This document shows positions 33,518 to 46,441 of a stretch of 64,000 nucleotides of DNA, piece by piece. Positions within the stretch are counted from its first letter, which is position 1; each line of letters starts with the position of its first letter. The notes below the pieces were generated by a model. The model did not search any database, had not been told where the DNA came from, and saw only the letters and a program-made list of their open reading frames with translations. The translations under genes and the position numbers were made by a program. The stretch comes from Amphiscolops sp. MND2022 (taxonomy: Eukaryota), in NCBI GenBank assembly GCA_964187785.1, contig OZ076409.1, positions 14,696,001 to 14,760,000 of the forward strand. Reading direction: 5' to 3'.

Positions 33518-34015
33518 TTTTTAGTCGGCGCTTTTCTAGTGAAAAGAGCCCGACTATTACAGTGGCTAGTTTTTTTTCGTCAGACTACAATCTCACTCTG
33601 ATTGATCTACTTTTCTTACAATAGAAACTACCAAAACTACTAAGGCCATAAGGCCCAGTCCGGTCAGCGAAAATTAGTGCAAAAGGGTCCCCTTTCATTT
33701 TTTACTTTTTAAACGTAACCTACAAAACCGGACGAGACTAAAGGGTCCCTCCTTTTGATTTTTTTTCGGCATTGTGCGACTTTTTTCGATATTTTTTTAA
33801 TGTCTCAAAAGAGTCCCCCTTTCGAGTTTTTTTATATTTTGCAACAGAATATATGTTAATAAAGCCCAAAGGGTCAATCTTTTTACATTTTTCGGCACTA
33901 TGCGACATTTTCCGAAAGAAAAAATTCAAAAATTTAAAGTTTTTTTTTCAATTTTTTTTGCGCTTTTTGAGCTTTAGATATAGCGCCGACTTTAGGCGTT
34001 CGTTCACGTCTTGTT
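33518..34015 (+). mobile_element. HINE-like element
   Basis: TTTTTAGTCGGCGC ... GCGCCGACTTTAGGCGTTC...TCTTGTT. Confidence 0.7.
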
Positions 34016-34507
34016 TATTTTTCATCTTCCGCAAGATTACCGATGTTTTATTTGTCTTAGTGTTTTTCAGGATGAACGACAATTTACATCGATCGAACAA
34101 CGGTATGAACTGCGTTGCTGGGTTTCAGTTTTTCAAACAAATTTGCACATTTGAAGCAGAATATTAGGAAAAGCGTCGACTAAAATCTATAGTTATTATT
34201 ATTGATACAAGCTGAATGGTTTCCATGCAGATGAAAAATTAAACAGTACAAAAAAACAACTTATCACTTGTTTCAGGAAGGTTATATAATTCAATGAGAA
34301 AATGCAATGTCGAGTTTACAAAAAAGGTGTTTCCTTGGATTTGATATTTGAACTAATTCCGAGAACTCAGAATTTACCCGATTTTTCGTTTATTCCAGTA
34401 AAGTGGCAATGTAACTAAAAGATCATTCATATGTAGAACCTGTCATATGTATCGAAAAACAGCATAATCAATTTTCATGCCACTCAGCAATCAAGAAAAG
34501 GCGAACA

Positions 34508-34707
34508 NNNNNNNNNNNNNNNNNNNNNNNNNNNNNNNNNNNNNNNNNNNNNNNNNNNNNNNNNNNNNNNNNNNNNNNNNNNNNNNNNNNNNNNNNNNNN
34601 NNNNNNNNNNNNNNNNNNNNNNNNNNNNNNNNNNNNNNNNNNNNNNNNNNNNNNNNNNNNNNNNNNNNNNNNNNNNNNNNNNNNNNNNNNNNNNNNNNNN
34701 NNNNNNN
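34508..34707. other. Assembly gap (200 N)
   Basis: Run of N. Confidence 1.
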
Positions 34708-34828
34708 ATATGGTACTGCTACATGATTGCATGTTAATTAACACAATGGGTTAGCACCGATGGGTTAAATTAGAACTAAAAAGTTTAGCACTAGTTGGCT
34801 AAGGGAGTTTTTGTTTTTTGTTTAAGTT

Positions 34829-37800
34829 TTATTCGCTGATCCAGTTTTGCATTTCTTCGGGCGTCATTTCCAGTAAGTTTGGGATAGCTTCTAATTCCCG
34901 TCTAAGGTCTTCTGTTTTCGTTTCGCTTTTGTCATCTACCTCGCCTTCTGGTTGTTTTTCTACATTTTGCACCATTACATTTTGGCCGTACCAGTTTGGC
35001 ATTTTCTTTGTTCTTTGTCTCGATCTTGTGGTTGTGTCCATGTTTTTGGGTGTTGATGTTGTGGGTTTGTTCTCTTCTTTTTCGTTTTTGTTGTTTTGTT
35101 TATTTTCTGGCTCTGGTTCTTCTTCGTCTGATGATGTCTCCAGTATTTCAATGTTTTCTCTTTGTTTTTCGGGTAGTCCGGCTAGTGACCGGCGTGGTGT
35201 TGCCTGTTTTCTGGGTGATCTGTGTTCGCTTGTTGGTGTTGTCGCGGTGGCTTTTTGTTTGTTGGTTGGTGTGTTTTTCGTAGTTCTTTCGGCTTCCTTT
35301 AGTGCGGCAATTTTCCATTCGAGTGATTTGCTGTCTCCTCTTTGTCGTGTTGTTTTTGGGCTGTGTGTGATGTGCTCTTTCGTTTTTCTTTTGCGATATC
35401 TCGTTTTGAGATAATTTGTCTTCGTCGTTTGGAATCCATTGTAATTGTGTGGTCGCTTTCACTCACAATGCGTCCTTTTCTCTGTGTGAAGTGGCTTTCC
35501 AGCTTTGTGTTTTTTTGTTCTGTTCCTCATCAGAATTGTGGAGTCAGTGTCTTTTTGGAAGTCTTCTGGTGAGAGTTGTAGTGCGCTGTCGTTCTCTAAA
35601 CAGTGTTTTGGTTTTTCTAATAATATTTTTATGGTGTTTGGTTTTTGTCCAAACACGTTTTCGAATGGGCTGCTCCCATTGGTTGTCGCGGCGGTGCGTA
35701 GGGCGAATAGGAGGCGATTTAAACCGGCGTTCCCCTTTTCGGTAAGTATCGTCTTTTCTGCTCTGATGCGTTCGTTTATAGTGCGGTTTAGTCTTTCTAC
35801 TTTACCGTTTCCGCGGTGGTCTCTGATTGGACATTCGACGTGTGAAATGAAAAGATTTTTAAAGAATGTTTTGAATTTTTCGCCGCGAAATATTGTGGCG
35901 GGGTCTGTTCTAATTCTTTTTGGAATGCCATTTTGAGCGATATATTCGTTAAGGATTTCTGTTACTTTTTCTGCGGTAGGTCTATTTGCAAATGATGCAC
36001 TTGGCCATCCGGTTTTTTGGTCTATAGCGACTAGTAAGTATTGTTTATTTTTGGGCGCTATTTTATATGGTCTGGCGAAGTCTAAAGCTAATTCGTCGTT
36101 GAAAGCTTCCGCGGCGGTTAATTTTCCAAAATTTGATTGTGATTTTATTGTTTTTAAATTTTTACCTGAATCTTTGCACTGGTTGCATGTTTGCGCTAGC
36201 AGAACTATCTCTCGATGTATTTGCGGCCACCAGATGTCTGCTACGGCTTGTAGCATCGAGTCTCTTCCGGGGTGGCCCCAGTGGAGGCTTCTGAAGATGG
36301 GTCTTCGTAATTCTTCGGGTATGACTAGTCTCTCGTCGATGTATATGAAATTATTTTCGTCTAAGCAAAGTTCATTGAAGCGATTTTGCCATACCTTTGG
36401 GAGCTTTTTGAATTGTTTTTCGTCGTAATGTTGTAGTAATGTGATAACTTTTTGGAGAGTTTGGTCCGATTCGTAGGTTCCAGCGAGAATGTTTTCCCCG
36501 ATTCTTTGAATGCTTGATTTTAGAGGGGTATTTGAATTTTTGTCTATCAAGGCTAAAGTGATTGGCCTTTTCATTGGTGGTTTTATTGCGATGGCTTGTA
36601 GTTGTTGCTCTTCGCGTTCTCTTTCGGTCATTTTGACTGCTGTAGCGTAATTGTTTTCGTTGAGTGCGTTCTTAATTGTTTGTTTTAATCCGTTCGCGGC
36701 GTCGCTGCTGCTTTGTTCACCTTTTTGCTCCGCGGCGGAACTCTCGTTTCTGATTGGCTACCGTTCGCCGCGAATTGCGTTGCGATTCATCAGTAGATTT
36801 GTCTTCATTTCTGAAACAATATTAATTGTGAACCATTCATCCCATAATGTTTTTGCGTTTATTGAGCTTTCGTTATGAATAGTTGGGTTACGAGATAAGT
36901 AATCTGCTATGCCTAATGTCCTACCTGGTCCGTGTATGACTTCAAAATCAAAAGGTAAAAGTCGATCGACCCAACGTGTGAGTCTGCTGGAATACGTTTT
37001 GTTTCCTTTTTGTCCCTTTAGTATTGTGGACAGTGCTTTGTGGTCTGAAATTATTTTGAATGGTACTCCGTACACGTAGCTGCGGAAGTATTCTACGGAC
37101 CATACTATTGCTAGTAGTTCAAGCTCATTCATGGAATAATTTGATTCTAATTCAGTTAAAAATCTTGATGCGAATGATAGTCGTTGCCATTCGCCATTTT
37201 CTTCTTGCTGGAGTACAGCGCCTAATCCAGCTTTGCTGGCATCACAGATGATGCGTAATGGGCAATCACGTTTAAAATGATTTAGAATTGTTACAGTTTT
37301 CATTTTGTTATTGATTTGTTCGAAAGCTTTATCGTGTTCTTTGTTCCACTCCCAGTTTGTGTCCTTCTTTAATAATGTTCGGAATGGGTAGCAGATACTC
37401 GCCAAATTGGGGGTGAATTTGTTTAGCTGGTTTACGGCTCCCAAGTACGATCTTAATTGTTTTAGATTTGTGGGTTTTAGTCTGTCAGAGATGCCTTGTA
37501 CTTTACTGTTTATCGGTGCGACGCCTTCTTGAGATAGTTTATATCCAACCCATTCGATTTCGGTCGCGGCGAAGTTGCACTTTTCAAGTTTCAGATTGAC
37601 GTTTGCTTCGTCTAGTCTTTTTAGAACTTCTTCTACTTTTTGAATATGTTCCTCTTCTGTTCCGTGGGTGACAATTAAAATGTCGTCAATAAATGCCAAT
37701 GTATTTGAAATACCTGCGAGTGTTAGGTCCATTATTCTTTGGAACTCAGTTGGCATTGTTGTTAATCCATATAATCCAGTCACGAATCTGTACATCCCCG

Positions 37801-39611
37801 TCGCTTCGCGCCAAATATTTGGAAGTTGCAGTGTTTTGAAGAGTCTGAGCTGAGTTCAATTTGTCCATAAGTGTACGTCAGGTCCAGTGATGTGAAGTAC
37901 GTCTTTTCTGTTTTTTTTTTCTCTACCAACCTGTTCTGCTATCATGTCCATTAGATTATCCAGGTTTGGCATCGGATATTTGTCCTTTATGACGTTTTTA
38001 TTGAGTTCTCTCGCGTCCAGTGCGATTTTTACACTGCGATCTTTTTTCACTGTTATGACTGTAGGTTGTAGAAATACGTCTTCTTCTATTTCACCAAACT
38101 TTACTATGTGGCCATCTTTGAGTAGGCGACATATTTCACGCTTTACTGGTTCTTGCAATTGGATGGGTATTCGTCTCTCTTTTTGTTTTTTTTTATTACT
38201 GCATTTTCGTGTAATCGTGCGTGGATTTTGTGATGCTTGATCCTGCGTCCCCTTTCGAACAATTCATGAAATTTTGAATTCATTTCTACTGTCCACTTTT
38301 TTGGTGGGCTTTTTGTTTCTTTACTAATGGTATTTATTGAATTCATTGACTTACCCTTTGTTTTTGGTTCAATGGCGTATTTGAGGTAGTTCAACCAGTC
38401 GAGGCCCACGATTGATTTTGTTCCTGGTTTTGCTACCAAGATTCGCGCCTTTCTTGTGTAGTTTCCGTCCACTTCTAACTCACAAAATATGTATCCAAGT
38501 AAGTTGACTGGCCGCTTGTTGAAATCTACGTATTTCTCATCTTCGGGTAATGGTCTGATGAACAGTTACTAGTGATCCTGAGTCGATCATTAAACAGAAC
38601 TTTTTGCGGTTTATTTTGTCTTTCATCATGAAGGGTGGTGATCCGCTTCCATCGATGCCAAGTACATATTGTTCTTCATTTGTGTCTTCATCTTCTGATT
38701 TTTGTTTATCATCTTCTTCTATCCAGTGTACTCTTCGTGGTGGTTGTTTTGGTTGACTTTTATTTTGAGCACGTCTGCAAACTTTTCCGAAATGGCCCGT
38801 CATGCCACATTGGTTACACTGTTTTCCTTTTTCTCGGCACACTTTTAAGTGATCCATTGTGAAGTTTTCCATTCCGCAGCGAAGGCAGTTTTTCTTTTTA
38901 TTTATTGAACATATCGGCTCTGCTTTTATTTCCCCTTTATTTTCACCATACGACTTCTGTCGCAGTGATCCCTCTTCAAATGCAATTGCGAAGTCCAATG
39001 CTTCCTTTGGGCTATTCTTGGGATCTGTACATAATTTTTCTTGTACAGCCGAATTGCGCATGTTCAAGATGAATATATCGTGGACCAAACTTTCTGTTTG
39101 TCCATCAAAGTCACATTCTGCCGCCATTCCATTTAAGGAGTGCCAGAATTGCTCACGTGTTTCTGCTGGCATTTAATTTCTTGATAGAAAACGGAATCTA
39201 TACAATGTCCTATTTCTCTTCACGTCAAATGTCTCTTTGCAGTTTTTCATTAATTCTTGTAATGAAATTTCAGCAATCTTTTCCCCGCGGGGTATTTATC
39301 CGTAAATGTTTTTCTTGTGCATACCCTAGTGACAGGCATAATACGCTGACGCATTTTCTCTCTGCCACTGCATGGTCCAGATTATTCAAGAGTGCTTTAT
39401 TTCTCTCATTTTCGTTGGTGACTGTTCTCAAAACTTCGGCAATTGAAATTGAGTATTTGGCTGTCATGGCAACGGCAAAGAGGTCGCTCCATTTTCTCCA
39501 TTCTACACTGGGTTTCTTCTGTGTGTCATTCCAGTAGGGGTTCAACCCCGCAACTGCAGAATTTGTACCTTTTGCTGCGTTTTCTTGAGATTCGTTTGCT
39601 CGCAGCGCCAT
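34829..39611 (-). pseudogene. pol: gag-pol pseudogene of the second Gypsy element
   Basis: ORF fragments 39270-39611, 38537-39172, 38143-38472, 37856-38158, 36758-37795, 35459-36631 and downstream tail pieces, in domain order. Confidence 0.9.
39597..39610 (-). promoter_or_regulatory. Primer binding site TGGCGCTGCGAGCA (tRNA-Ser-like 3' end)
   Basis: Follows the LTR terminal CA directly; complementary to ...TGCTCGCAGCG-CCA. Confidence 0.7.
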
Positions 39612-39810
39612 GTTATGGGTTAAAACTTGGGCGTAGCAAACTTCAATTCAATAACGATACTGTAATTCACAAAGGCAACTGTCTGCAATGTTTTTATGTT
39701 TTGACAACTCTTTCAAGCAGGTACATTACGTAAAGTTATGAAATTGGTTTAATTGAATGTTAGCACCAATGTTGTTTTTATGTAAGATGATTGGCATCTG
39801 GTACAAATAG

Positions 39811-40029
39811 TGTGTCAATTTTGTTGATTATCTTTGAAAGCGTTCCATTGATGGTGTTTTTTATAAAAAAGAATGCGGTTGACCAAAACTTTTCAAAGTT
39901 TTATGATTAACAAGCACGCGTGCTTGTTAATCATAAAACTTTGAAAAGTTTTGGTCAACCGCAATCTTTTTCAAAAAACAAAACACCATCGATAGAACGC
40001 TTTCAAAGATAATCAACAAAATTAACACA
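39811..40029. repeat. Spacerless palindrome (head-to-head copies of a dispersed repeat)
   Basis: Centre CAAGCACG|CGTGCTTG at 39918/39919; inner 45-bp arms perfect, outer arms diverged. Confidence 0.92.
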
Positions 40030-42353
40030 TTATTCTTTATGAAAGTGATTATTTTTTCTTCTGAGAAAAAATTGAGACATTACGTTAAGAATGCCACCTA
40101 AACAAGGATGCTATTTTTCAAGTATTTTTCACCGAATTTCAAAAATCTTCCGAAATGTTTTAGTTAGTATCTTGCATTGACTCAAACATTTAGCTATGAT
40201 AAATTGAAACAAGCCGGGAACGGCCCAAGTCGGCGCCATATCCAAGGCTCAAAAATAGCGAAAAGACATCCAAGTGTCAAGTATTCTATTTTACAGTACT
40301 CGAAAATCGAAAATTTTTCGAAAAAATTACATACTCAAAAAATGGACCGAGTGGCGCGCTAAAGTCTCACAGTTCCGAAAAACTGAAAGGGGGACCCTTT
40401 GGGAGTTTTCAACATCCATTCTGACGCAAAACAGCAAAAAAATTGAAGGGGGACCATGTGGGGGAAAAAAAGTCTCGCAGTGCCGAAAAAAATGAAAGTG
40501 GGGAGCCTTTGGTCTCGCCCGGTATGGTATGTTACGCGGAAAAACAGGAAAAACTTTTTTGGTTCAGTTCGCTAGGCCAAATAATGCAATTTGGTGCAAT
40601 AATATTTTGTAGAACTTTTAAGAACTATTTTGGTCAGTTCGTGTGGATAGAAAAAGAAACAAGCCGGGACCGGCCCAAGTCGGCGCCATATCCAAGGCTC
40701 AAAAATAGCAAAAAGACTTCCAAGTGTCAAGTATTCGTTTACAGTAGTCGAAAATCGAAAATTTTTCGAAATTTTTTTTTGAAAAAATTACATACTAAAA
40801 AAATGGACCCTGGCGCGCTAACGTCTGACAATGCCGAAAAACTTAAAGGGGGAACCCTTTGAGGTTTTTCAACATCCATTCTGTCGCAAAACATGAAAAA
40901 ATTGAAGAAAAAAAATTTTTTTATTTTCGGGATAAAATCTCACAATGCCGAAAAAAACTGAAAAGAGGAACCCTTTGGGATTTTCCAACATCCATTCTGT
41001 CGCAAAACATCAAAAAAATGCAGGGGGAACCCTTTGAGGAAAAAAATTTCGAAAAAAAAATCCGAAAAAAATGTCTCGCAGTGCCGAAAAAATTGAAAGG
41101 GGGGACTCTTTGGTCTCGCCCGGTATGATATGTTACGCGGAAAAACAGGTAAAACCATTTTGGTCCAGTTCGCTAGGCCAAATGTTGCTATTTGACACCA
41201 TAATATTTTGTAGAACTTTTAAGAACTATTTTGGTCAGTTCGTGTGGATAGAAAAAAAAGAGTCACTATAATAGTCGCGTTTCACTTCATGAAGCGCCGA
41301 CTAAAAAGAGTCACTATAATAGTCGCATTTCACTTCATGAAGCGCCGACTAAAAACGAACGTCATGTCATAGTGATGATTTCTCACTTCAAAGAAAATTC
41401 AGTGTTTTTTTCTGGTTTAAAAAACAATTCCATCTGTATTGCAAAACCGTGGAAAATGCACTGTCGCGTTGTCTGTCATTGATAAACTAGTTTTTTTCAT
41501 CACAAGCTAAAAATTACTTTTATGCGAATCGTTTTTACCTGCATTGAAATGATTTCACTGAATGTTTCATTTTCTCTGTTCAAGAGATTTCGCTAATTCC
41601 ATGAGTTTTTGATGAGTTTCTTGACTTGAAATTTACTTATTTCGAGTTATCTTACGAAATACAAGGTATTTTGTTCGATCCAAATTTCCAGCCATTGTAT
41701 TTTATAATTTCAGTTTAAACTTTTTCAGTTTGCCTTCCTAAAGACAGGATATATCTCAAGATTATCAGGATATATGTTTTTTTGAAATCTGTGATGTTGG
41801 TTGCGATTATAATTTCTCCGGTCAAATTCAATTTGGTTGCACAATCTCCGAGGTGAATTTGAGATGTTCTGTAAAATTAGCAAAAATCTTATCAATAATA
41901 CCTTCTGTTCCCCGAAGCTAATTCCCAAGAGCCCGGAGAGCGAAGAAATCAGGACACAGTTATCCAATTAGCGTGATTTTGTGGTATGAACTTTCAGCTG
42001 TCATTTGGTTACTGAAGACGACCTGATCATTAAACTGTAGATAGCCAAGCCACGGTCATATATTGGAAAGGAGGCCAAAATCAATTTGTCTTATTCTTCT
42101 ACCATCATTTGTGCAAAAGAACTTGTTCGAGAACTATCACCCCGATGCCTTGAAAATACTTCCACAAATAGTGAATGTCAAATTTACCAAAAAACATGGT
42201 AGCTTAGCATTTTTATATGTCTTTATGAAATACAATGAAGTGGAAAAAAGTCACGGAATGCGGAGACTTGGTTCTGGTAGAAAGAACGTACGGACCACGA
42301 GAGACAAATACATCCTCTACATTTACAAATCTATCTTACCCAGTGTTGAGCTC
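39930..42353 (+). repeat. Copy A of a dispersed repeat (copy B at ~44725-46441)
   Basis: Collinear and near-identical to 44725-46441 once the copy-specific insertions are removed. Confidence 0.9.
40208..41355 (-). mobile_element. Tandem HINE-like insertion (two units plus a duplicated terminal hairpin)
   Basis: AACAAGCCGGG starts at 40208 and ~40658; the terminal ...GCGCCGACTAAAA motif occurs twice; absent from copy B (TTGAAAAAACGAACG at 45461). Confidence 0.8.
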
Positions 42354-43782
42354 TGTTACGACTTGCGTTCGTATCGTTGTTTTGAGTGGAGTTAATCCTA
42401 ACTGATTTTGTAGGAGCGGAGAAACTCCTCGTTTAATTCTCCGTTTCTTCTTCGGCATTTTCTCTCATGTTTTCTCTTGTTTCAGGTTTTAAAAGCTTCG
42501 ACATTTCTCTCTGGGATTCTACAAGGAGATTCTTGATTTCAGAAGTGATCTCTTTTTTTAATTAAACAATTCCTTAAACTCTCTAAGAAGCTACCTTCAA
42601 TCCTGGGGGATTTTGGTTTAGACGGTCCCGCAACACTTACGTCCTGATCTATAGGACAAAAATTTTTCACTACAACTGGTGAAACAAAACCTTCACTTAC
42701 ACTTTCATTGGTTTCTTGCTGATTGTTCCTTCTCTTTTGACTCCTGGTGGTCGACATTTTGATGAAGAAAGATTTGATTCAGATGAATTCAATTTATCTT
42801 TTGAAGCTTTTCCAACAAAGTTGAATGAGGTGAATTGAAACAAAAAAATTGAAGAGCAACTGGTCTTTACAATTAGAAAGGACTGAGTCCCTTAATCATC
42901 AAAATGCGTCGTATTTATACCCTCCTAGCATCATTTGATCACGACTATATTCCAAATTTCCTTCGATCAATTAATCATTTCCTGTTTTTTCGGTGAAAAA
43001 ATCATTATGATCCCAAATTTGCGTCGACATTTCGTCAAATTTTAAGACACGGCAATTTTAATCTAGTATTAGTGATCAACCATGATCATATCATTTCATT
43101 CCGGCGTCCCTTTGCTTCCACCCCAGCAGGAAGTAGATATAACTTCAGTCTGTCAAACCGGAAATGTTTCCCTGTTCTTCTGCTTTGGTTCGTAGGAAAA
43201 TTGACGCGGAAATGACGCTGACGTGAACAACTTATATCTGATTTTGAATTTCAACTTGAGAAATTATGACTAATAATCCTGATTTAGGCAATTTGATGAT
43301 GCTAAGAGAGTAAAAACGATCAGACTTTCGTTATATGTACTTATTTGAACAAAGTAGCACGCATAGTCCTTATTTCTAAATAAATACAATCATGGTGAAA
43401 CGTATTAATAACGTCAAATTAGTTCAACTTCGACAGAAACGTTAAGCAGTAACAGCAATTGCAACCGATAATATACTTGGCTAGAACTCCAAATATGTAA
43501 TCACAACAACACTAGATAGGGGGTATCAAAACAATACAAATGCAGCACTATAAAAATATGGTTCCATTTCCAGAACATTAAAGCATTGAATTTCCTTGGG
43601 ACGTCAAGACGACGTTTGTTTGTATGAAATAGCGCCAGGAGTTTACACTGAGTATTACAAAATACACATTTAAGAAGTGTTCTTTAGAATAAACTGTGAC
43701 TCCTATCTTAAATGATGTGGAAAAGTTTCATTCAAACTAAATCTTAAATATAATATCTAAGTTGGAGATTTATTTGACGACA
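42354..43782 (-). mobile_element. Solo LTR (Gypsy-like) containing a Gag-like N-terminal ORF
   Basis: Minus strand TGTCGTCAAAT...GTCGTAACA; TATAAATA at ~42912-42919; ORF MSTTRSQKRR from 42757 runs to the LTR end with one frameshift and one stop. The left junction is fixed by the empty site in copy B. Confidence 0.7.
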
Positions 43783-44724
43783 GTTAGACGTTATCCCGAA
43801 TGCCTTTTCCTTCTATCCTAATTTTGATTGAATCTATGACTGCATGACGCTCCCAAGCCTAAACCTTTAAAACAGCGTTTACTTCATCATTCTAAGTGGA
43901 TCAATGCGGGTATTCTGATGAATTTTGGACGTAACGTGGACTTACGTATTAGTATTAGCCTTAGTCCACCTATACAGTGGACGTAGCGTGGACGTAAATT
44001 TGGAATGAAAATCAGTTGTCTATCATTGCTGTGACGTCAAATTGGCGGAAAAATTGGAATGATTTCTAATGAGGCCATTAGTATAGGCGGTTAATTGGCA
44101 TGGTTCTCTAGTGCGCATAGACGAGGCAGTGACGTCAGTCCGTATGCCTTCAAATCTTAGTTGCGTCTCACTGACGATAAATGTACATGTATCCTTATTT
44201 CTACCGCCGCCTTGTTTACCTAACGCAAGATTGTCGTCCTAAACCACACTAATTGCTGTTCAAAGTGCACTTAAACTGTCTTTCTTAGAAAAAGCTTAAT
44301 TTCCTCGGCGTGCCATCTCAATGTATTTTCTATCTCAGATCTGATTGATGTTCTTTTTGGAGATGATTTTGGATATGTTTTCATTTAGATTAGCTTATGA
44401 TCTCTTTATTTTAAAACGTGTTTCAATTTAGTTTTCAGGTGGTGAATGTTACTAATTTGACGTGACTGAAACGCTTTACCGGAAATGCGTGAAAAATCAT
44501 TTTAGTCCATTTATCCTTTGTAACTAACTTCGTTTGAATTTTCCGTAAAGTAGACGTATATTTTGCGTTTTAAGTCACAGTTTATTTTGGTAATGAACAT
44601 TAGTTTAGAGTTCTATGACAGTTACCATTTCGGGAAGCGCAAGTTGCATCCGTGCCCTCTTCCGGAAAATTTTCAGCAACAGAGGCACAAACAGCCCTCC
44701 ATCAGACACGTGCTTTCTCTTCAA

Positions 44725-46441
44725 TCAACTTTGAAAAGTTTTGGTCAACCCCATTCTTTAAAAAAAAGGAAAACGTCACCGATGGAACGCTTTCAAACAG
44801 AGATTTTACTCGCTAATTTTTTTTCGCTAATCGCTAACTAACGCTTATTACATATCACTAATCGCTAACTTCCCTAGTTGATAGTCGCTAATCGCTAACT
44901 TTAATTAAAATCTATAGTGAAAAATTTTTATCACATTATGTTTAAAAATCGATCTGAAAAAGATTTCATAACTGTTTAATGTGTAAAAATATGTTTAAAA
45001 CATAGTAAAGTACATAAATATGATAATATATAACAGTTCTTGGGAGGAATCAGTACATCTAGAGACAATTTGTGATGTATGTAATGTAATGTTTGATGCA
45101 AAATCAAGATTTGGTATAGAAAATTTACCAATAGGAAAACACCATTGCTAAGCGGTCGCTAAATAATATGTATTACACTAACTAATTCCCGCTAATGTAA
45201 TCCCTCGCTAGCGCTAAAGCGGCGCTATTAGCGATTAGCGTCAAATCTCTGCTTTTAAAGATAATCAACAAAATTGACACATTATTCTTTATGAAAATGA
45301 TAATTTTTTTGTTCTGAGAAAAAATTGAGACATTACGTTAAAGAATGAATGCCACCTAAAGTGGATGCTATTTTTCAAGTATTTTGCCCCGAATTTCAAA
45401 AATTTTCGGAAATGTTTTAGTTAGTATCTTGCATTGACTCAAACATTTAGCTATGATAAATTGAAAAAACGAACGTCATGTCATAGTGGTGATTTCTCAC
45501 TTCAAAGAAAATTCAGTGTTTTTTTCTGGTTTCAAACAAATACTGTAGTGCAAAACCCTCGAAAATGCACTGTCGCGTTGTCATTGATAAACTAGTTTTT
45601 TTCCATCACAAGCTAAAAATTACTTTTATGCAAATCGTTTTTACCTGCATTGAAATGATCTCACTGAATATTTCATTTTCTGTTCAAGAGCTTTCGCTTA
45701 TTCCATGAGTTTTTGATGAGTTTCTGGACTTGCATTTTACTTATTTCGAAATATCTTACGAAACACTAATTTCCAGCCATTGTATTTTATAATTTCAGTT
45801 TAAACTTTTTCAGTTTGCCTTCCTAAAGACAGGATATATCTCAAGATTATCAGGATATATGTTTTTTTTTTGAAATCTGTGATGTTGGTTGCGATTATAA
45901 TTTCTCCGGTCAAATTCAATTTGGTTGCACAATCTCAGAGGTGAATTTGAGATGTTCTGTAAAATTAGCAAAAAATCTTATCAATAATACCTTCTGTTCC
46001 CCGAAGCTAATTCCCAAGAGCCCGGAGAGCGAAGAAATTAGGACACAGTTATGCAATTAGCGTGATTTTGTGGTATGAACTTTCAGCTGTCATTTGGTTA
46101 CTGAAGACGACCTGATCATTAAACTGTAGATAGCCAAGCCACGGTCATATATTGGAAAGGAGGCTAAAATCAATTTGTCTTATTCTTCTACCATCATTTG
46201 TGCAAAATAACTTGTTCGAGAACTATCACCCCGATGCCTTGAAAATACTTCCACAAATAGTGAATGTCAAATTTACCAAGAACATGGTAGCTTAGCATTT
46301 TTATATGTCTTTATGAAATACAATGATGTGGAAAAAAGTCACGGAATGCGGAGACTTGGTTCTGGTAGAAAGAACGTACGGACCACGAGAGACAAATACA
46401 TCAAATACATTTACAAATCTATATTACCCAGTGTTGAGCTC
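44725..46441 (+). repeat. Copy B of the dispersed repeat
   Basis: Matches 39930-42353 as above. Confidence 0.9.
44798..45251. mobile_element. hAT-type MITE
   Basis: TIR CAGAGATTT / AAATCTCTG; 8-bp TSD CTTTCAAA / CTTTTAAA; CGCTAA subterminal repeats; copy A has the empty site (GCTTTCAAAGATAATC). Confidence 0.88.

Larger units (their letters stand above)
34708..39720 (-). mobile_element. Second Ty3/Gypsy LTR retrotransposon, decayed by multiple frameshifts; 3' end lost in the gap; outer edge of the 5' LTR approximate
   Basis: Gag with two Zn knuckles (CLRCG...H..C, CNQCGMTGHFGKVC), protease MIDSGS, RT FIDDILI, RNase H ICDASKAGLGAVL, IN LHWGHPG...CNQC, RTDPAT, GKVER; 5' LTR ends ...ATAACA at 39611. 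Confidence 0.92.

Noticed and set aside
34477..34744. ORFs spanning poly-X
   Set aside because: Artefacts of the 200-N gap.
34818..35745. Hydrophobic + strand ORFs resembling membrane proteins
   Set aside because: Antisense shadows of the A-rich integrase tail of the minus-strand Gypsy element.
42063..42395. Duplicated protein-coding gene (with 46313-46504)
   Set aside because: The frames differ between the two repeat copies and there are no motifs: non-coding dispersed repeat.
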